DNA of 64,000 nucleotides from Selaginella moellendorffii (taxonomy: Eukaryota > Plantae > Lycopodiophyta), in contig NW_003314267.1 in NCBI RefSeq assembly GCF_000143415.4, positions 2,136,932 through 2,200,931 of the forward strand. The letters are read 5' to 3'. This document shows positions 60,454 to 64,000 of the stretch, in pieces. Numbering within the stretch: position 1 is the first letter of the stretch; each line of letters opens with the position of its first letter. Position numbers and translations under genes: made by a program. A model generated the notes under the pieces. The model was not told the origin of the DNA. It ran no database searches and was given only the letters and a program-made list of their open reading frames with translations.

Positions 60454-61538
60454 ACCATTTGAGACACGCTTCCTGTGGGTCTTTTAAGCGTAACGTATGT
60501 ATTCAGAGGCCACCTGGTATGTATGTGGTAAGCTTTTCTGGGCTTTATTGTGCGAGTACTTCTCTATACTCCAATTTTATACAAGCAAAATCCATCTTAA
60601 ATGGCAGTTAGCATGGCTATCTTATATAATCAAGCACTTTTTCTTCATAAACTTCTACTCTTTTTCAAACAAAATCTGCTTTCTTATACTTTCTTCTTTT
60701 TCTTCTTCTTCTTGTTTTTATATTGTTTTCTTCTTCTTCAATGTTGAGAAAGATTGGAGGGGTTTGAGATGCTGCAGCCTTGCATTGTTGCAAGGGGGCA
60801 ACTGCAGCAGTGTGATTAGGTGTGATACAGAATCTATTGATTATTTAAGTGTCAAAAACTCAATGCTTGATCATAGAAACTCTCCTCTAAGAACTTCGAA
60901 ATGTCTACGAAAGATTATTTCATGCTTAGAATGATTCTGCGTACCTTTCAAAGCAGCCCGTGATTATGCTAGAGGAATCTGAATTCCCAGCTCTGGAGCA
61001 ATCAAAGAGAGGAGCAGCAACGCAGAGCCTGAACTTAGCTATGGATCTTCGGTAGCCCGAGCCAATGAAGGTCACGATAAATCAATGTCATATAAAATAT
61101 AGTATTTTATAGTGTCGCCAACTTTATCTAGCGTTTGTGGGAGTTGGCAAGATAAGGCTAGGAAGCCTCTGTTTGTGCGACTCATCCTGAGGCTCGTAAG
61201 GGGCGGGGCGTTTGCCAAGAAGAAAACGACCGTGAAAATCCACCCGTCCAGAGCACACATTGTCCGGAGAGAAGTCCACAAAGGTTTTGTGCTGTTCTTC
61301 GTCGCGGAAGTAGCTCTCGGATTAGCTCTCGGAAGCCACTGACAATGCCGTTCACCCCTTCCATTAACCATCCACCTTGGAGACCACTCCGCATTTCAAT
61401 CCTTTTTCTCCTGTCACTTCCCCGTAGTGTCCCTGCTCTTTTGATCCTTTGCAAATGGAGGCCGCTGCTCGTCGTCGAGGAAGTCGAGCTAATTCAATTA
61501 TCTGGTATGAATGGATTCCGAGGATATGCTGGGAGACT

Positions 61539-64000
61539 TTAAACTTCGCCACCGCCCGCCTCCTTGAGAAATCGCTGGCTTTGTTCGACCTTGTCTGGAA
61601 AATAGTGCAGGAGTTCTCGGAGCATTTCCTGTACACCACAAGTGAGTTTCTAGCTTTGCAAAGATTTCACATCAAACCTTGGATTCCCGGTTGCGTCTGG
61701 AAGCTCTAGAAATGCTTCGAGCGAACTTTTGCCTGTGTAGCAGCAGCGTCTCGTCGTCACCGGCGTTGAGAACGAAGTGCGCGACGTGGTGGAGCGCGAG
61801 GCGGAATGGTAATGCCTTGCGAAGAAATGCTCGGTCCAATCCACCGGTGATCCACGATGATACAAACATGTCCAGTAGAGCAATGCTCCTCTGCATTGAA
61901 AAAACAAAGAATGAGCAACTTAAACTTCCAAAGAATGCTTTTCTTCTTACCTGAGGAGGATCGAAGTAAACTCCCGGACCGCACTCTTCGACTGGAGGAA
62001 GTAAACTCAGCACCTCAGCTTGAGCGAGGCATCGCCAGACAGCACCCTGGATCGACACGTCCGTGCCACTTCGCAAGTAGAACGCTACCTGGCGGCCAAA
62101 TCTCAAGTCCCCATACGAAGCAGCCGCAAAGTTCTGTGCCAGTCCCTCCGCGAACAAAGCGTAGTCGGCATCCACACCACTCTGAAAATCCAGAGCTCCT
62201 CTTGCTTCTTCGAAATAGATATCTTGCAGTGATCCGAGAGCGTCGCTCACTGGCTCCTCCAAGAACGTATCTCCCGCAGCAAATACTGTCGATAGAGCAT
62301 GAACTTTGCGGACGATCGGTATGTCGCTTGCTGCTCCTCCTTCCTCGAGGCCCAAGAGCAGCAACAGTCCAGCCAGTGTCACGTCTGAGCTTTTGGAGTG
62401 CAAAGGACTGAGGATCCAGTGGCAAGGCAATGGAAGCCTCGTCCCTTTCCACTCCCGCAGCAAAACAGTCGAGTTAGCCGTTTTCTCCTCGTCTTCTTCC
62501 TCCGTTTCTTCCTCCTTGATGGTCTCAAGTTTCTTCTTGAGGTCGTGCTGCTTTGGCTGCTTCTTTTGTAGCCAAAACTTGGTGAAGTGCTGGAGTAGAA
62601 ACTCTCTGCCACCTTTAAACTGCGTCGTATCATACAATCCCTTCCCCTGGTTTATACGTTTCACTGCGTCGTCGAGTGTCAACAGCCACCGTTCCTCCGA
62701 AAGTATGTGCCGCGATAACGCTCGCTCCAGCGACGATGGCTCGGTCAGAAGAGCCGTCAAGTTGAGCTTGGTCTTCAGGGAGATCGAGCTCGAGCCTTTT
62801 TCGAGTTCTAGAAGACGTAGAATGCCACTGGCGTAAACCCGAGCGACTAGCAGCTTTGAGGAGCAAAATCCACCTCCAGGAACTCTAGAGCTCCATCCAA
62901 CTCCCAGTCCCGGCGCCGGTCCTCCCCGAGCAGTACAGCCACAATGCTCTTCTCCATGTAACTTTCCCAAGTTCACCATCTCCACACGCTTCTCTTTAGC
63001 AATGTCTAGCAGGATGTCTAGTTGTTTTGTCTCTCGTCCCAGCTTCTCGAGTCCAGAGGCCAAGCGTGCGGTAGCATGAAGAAAGTTTGCGAGCGTCAGC
63101 TTGGCATAGACTGTAGAGCTTTGGCGGAGAGTTGACACCAGTCGAGCTTGGACGCGATCAAAAGTTTGTTCCACTTGTAAAACGAGATCCGGCAATCCTT
63201 CCGGGCGCACCCTCTCGCAAACCGTTGCCAGGAAATGTAGCACAGAGCCAAGAGCCATCACCTCCGCTTCACCACCTTGGCTGCTCTCTTCCAGCCAACT
63301 TAAGCCGTACTTCACCATGGGCACGGCTATGCTCCACGACCATCCAGTATGAGAAGCCTGTGTATGTTGTTGGCCTTTAACCATGACGGGAAGTGTTCTA
63401 GCGAGAACCTCTAGAACGCTGTAAGATTCTTGTGCTAAGTTGTATATAGCGGGATCCCCTGATGATGCCGACGAGAGCCAAGCAGACAGGGCTGGATGGA
63501 AGTCTGCGAAAAGGCTGATCCCAATGCCATGGAAGATGCAAATTTTCCAGAGCCGGAGTGCTTCTTGCAGAATAGCAGAATCCTTGGAAAGGTCGGCAGC
63601 AGCAGCTCTTGGAAACATCGTAAGACGATAGCTCCATTCGAACAACTCGGACGTGGCAGTTTGCAGCGCTCCCAGCTCTGCAAAGTGGACACAGTAAGAC
63701 TTGGAAGCCTGCGACAAGACCTGCAAAAAACGAAAGGGTAAGCCCTGAGATCTAAACGCAGCATTATGGTACATGCCTTTAAGAGTTGTATAGCTTTAGC
63801 TCGAACGAGAGGAACCAGAGGAGTATCATCATCTTCTTCAGGTAATAGAAATCGTTGGATGACGGAATTGATAAGCCTCGGACATTCCATGACGGCCTTC
63901 GCTGCAGCTGGAGAATGCCTCGCAAAGGCTACAAGAGTAGACAACAGGGCCGCGTTTACGGCCGCATCAAGCTTTTCGACCTGTTAAGTCGGACGTTATT
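61539..64000 (-). CDS. IYO: Transcriptional elongation regulator MINIYO / RPAP1 homolog, 3' part
   Basis: RGGPAPGLGVGW..GGGF, RLPLPCHWILSPL, GLLLLLGLE, PIVRKVHALS, FQSGVDADY...FAAASYGDLRFGRQVAFYLR. Last exon EMLRELL...GGEV* with stop at 61539. 5' end outside the window. Confidence 0.9.

Noticed and set aside
59975-60464. CRISPR-like array (recurring 16-mer with spacers)
   Set aside because: The spacers are homologous to one another, one copy is inverted, there are no cas genes, and the context is a plant nuclear genome.

Overview
Eukaryotic plant nuclear DNA. Short introns (mostly ~50-90 bp), tight gene packing, a PLS-PPR gene with inserts and the gene set all fit the lycophyte Selaginella (inferred, not confirmed). 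From left to right: the 5' part of an R2R3-MYB gene and a 100-N gap. Then an ~18-kb transposon island (3.1-21.9 kb) holding a very young non-coding LTR element (TSD AATAT), an older LTR element (TSD ATAAT) and a solo LTR nested in the older element's 3' LTR (TSD GTGTT), all possibly inside a Helitron. Then a dense gene block: THA8-like PPR, LHP1, BES1/BZR1, a COI1/TIR1-intermediate F-box, RFC3, DHODH, ALDH6, DedA-like, CtpA, an unknown membrane protein, an MFS transporter and a PLS-PPR. Then a decayed accessory region with a Crinkler-like REase-kinase pseudogene, three tandem WOX-like copies and a 316-bp hairpin, and finally the 3' part of MINIYO/RPAP1. The best candidate for an undescribed system is a set of cis-acting RNA structures in the non-coding LTR elements: a ~400-nt hairpin-dense domain with duplicated covarying modules and tandem tRNA T-arm/B-box mimics (8.3-8.7 kb), and an AGGA-tetraloop hairpin with compensatory changes just 5' of the PPT in both element families. 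All alignments and folds were done by eye.
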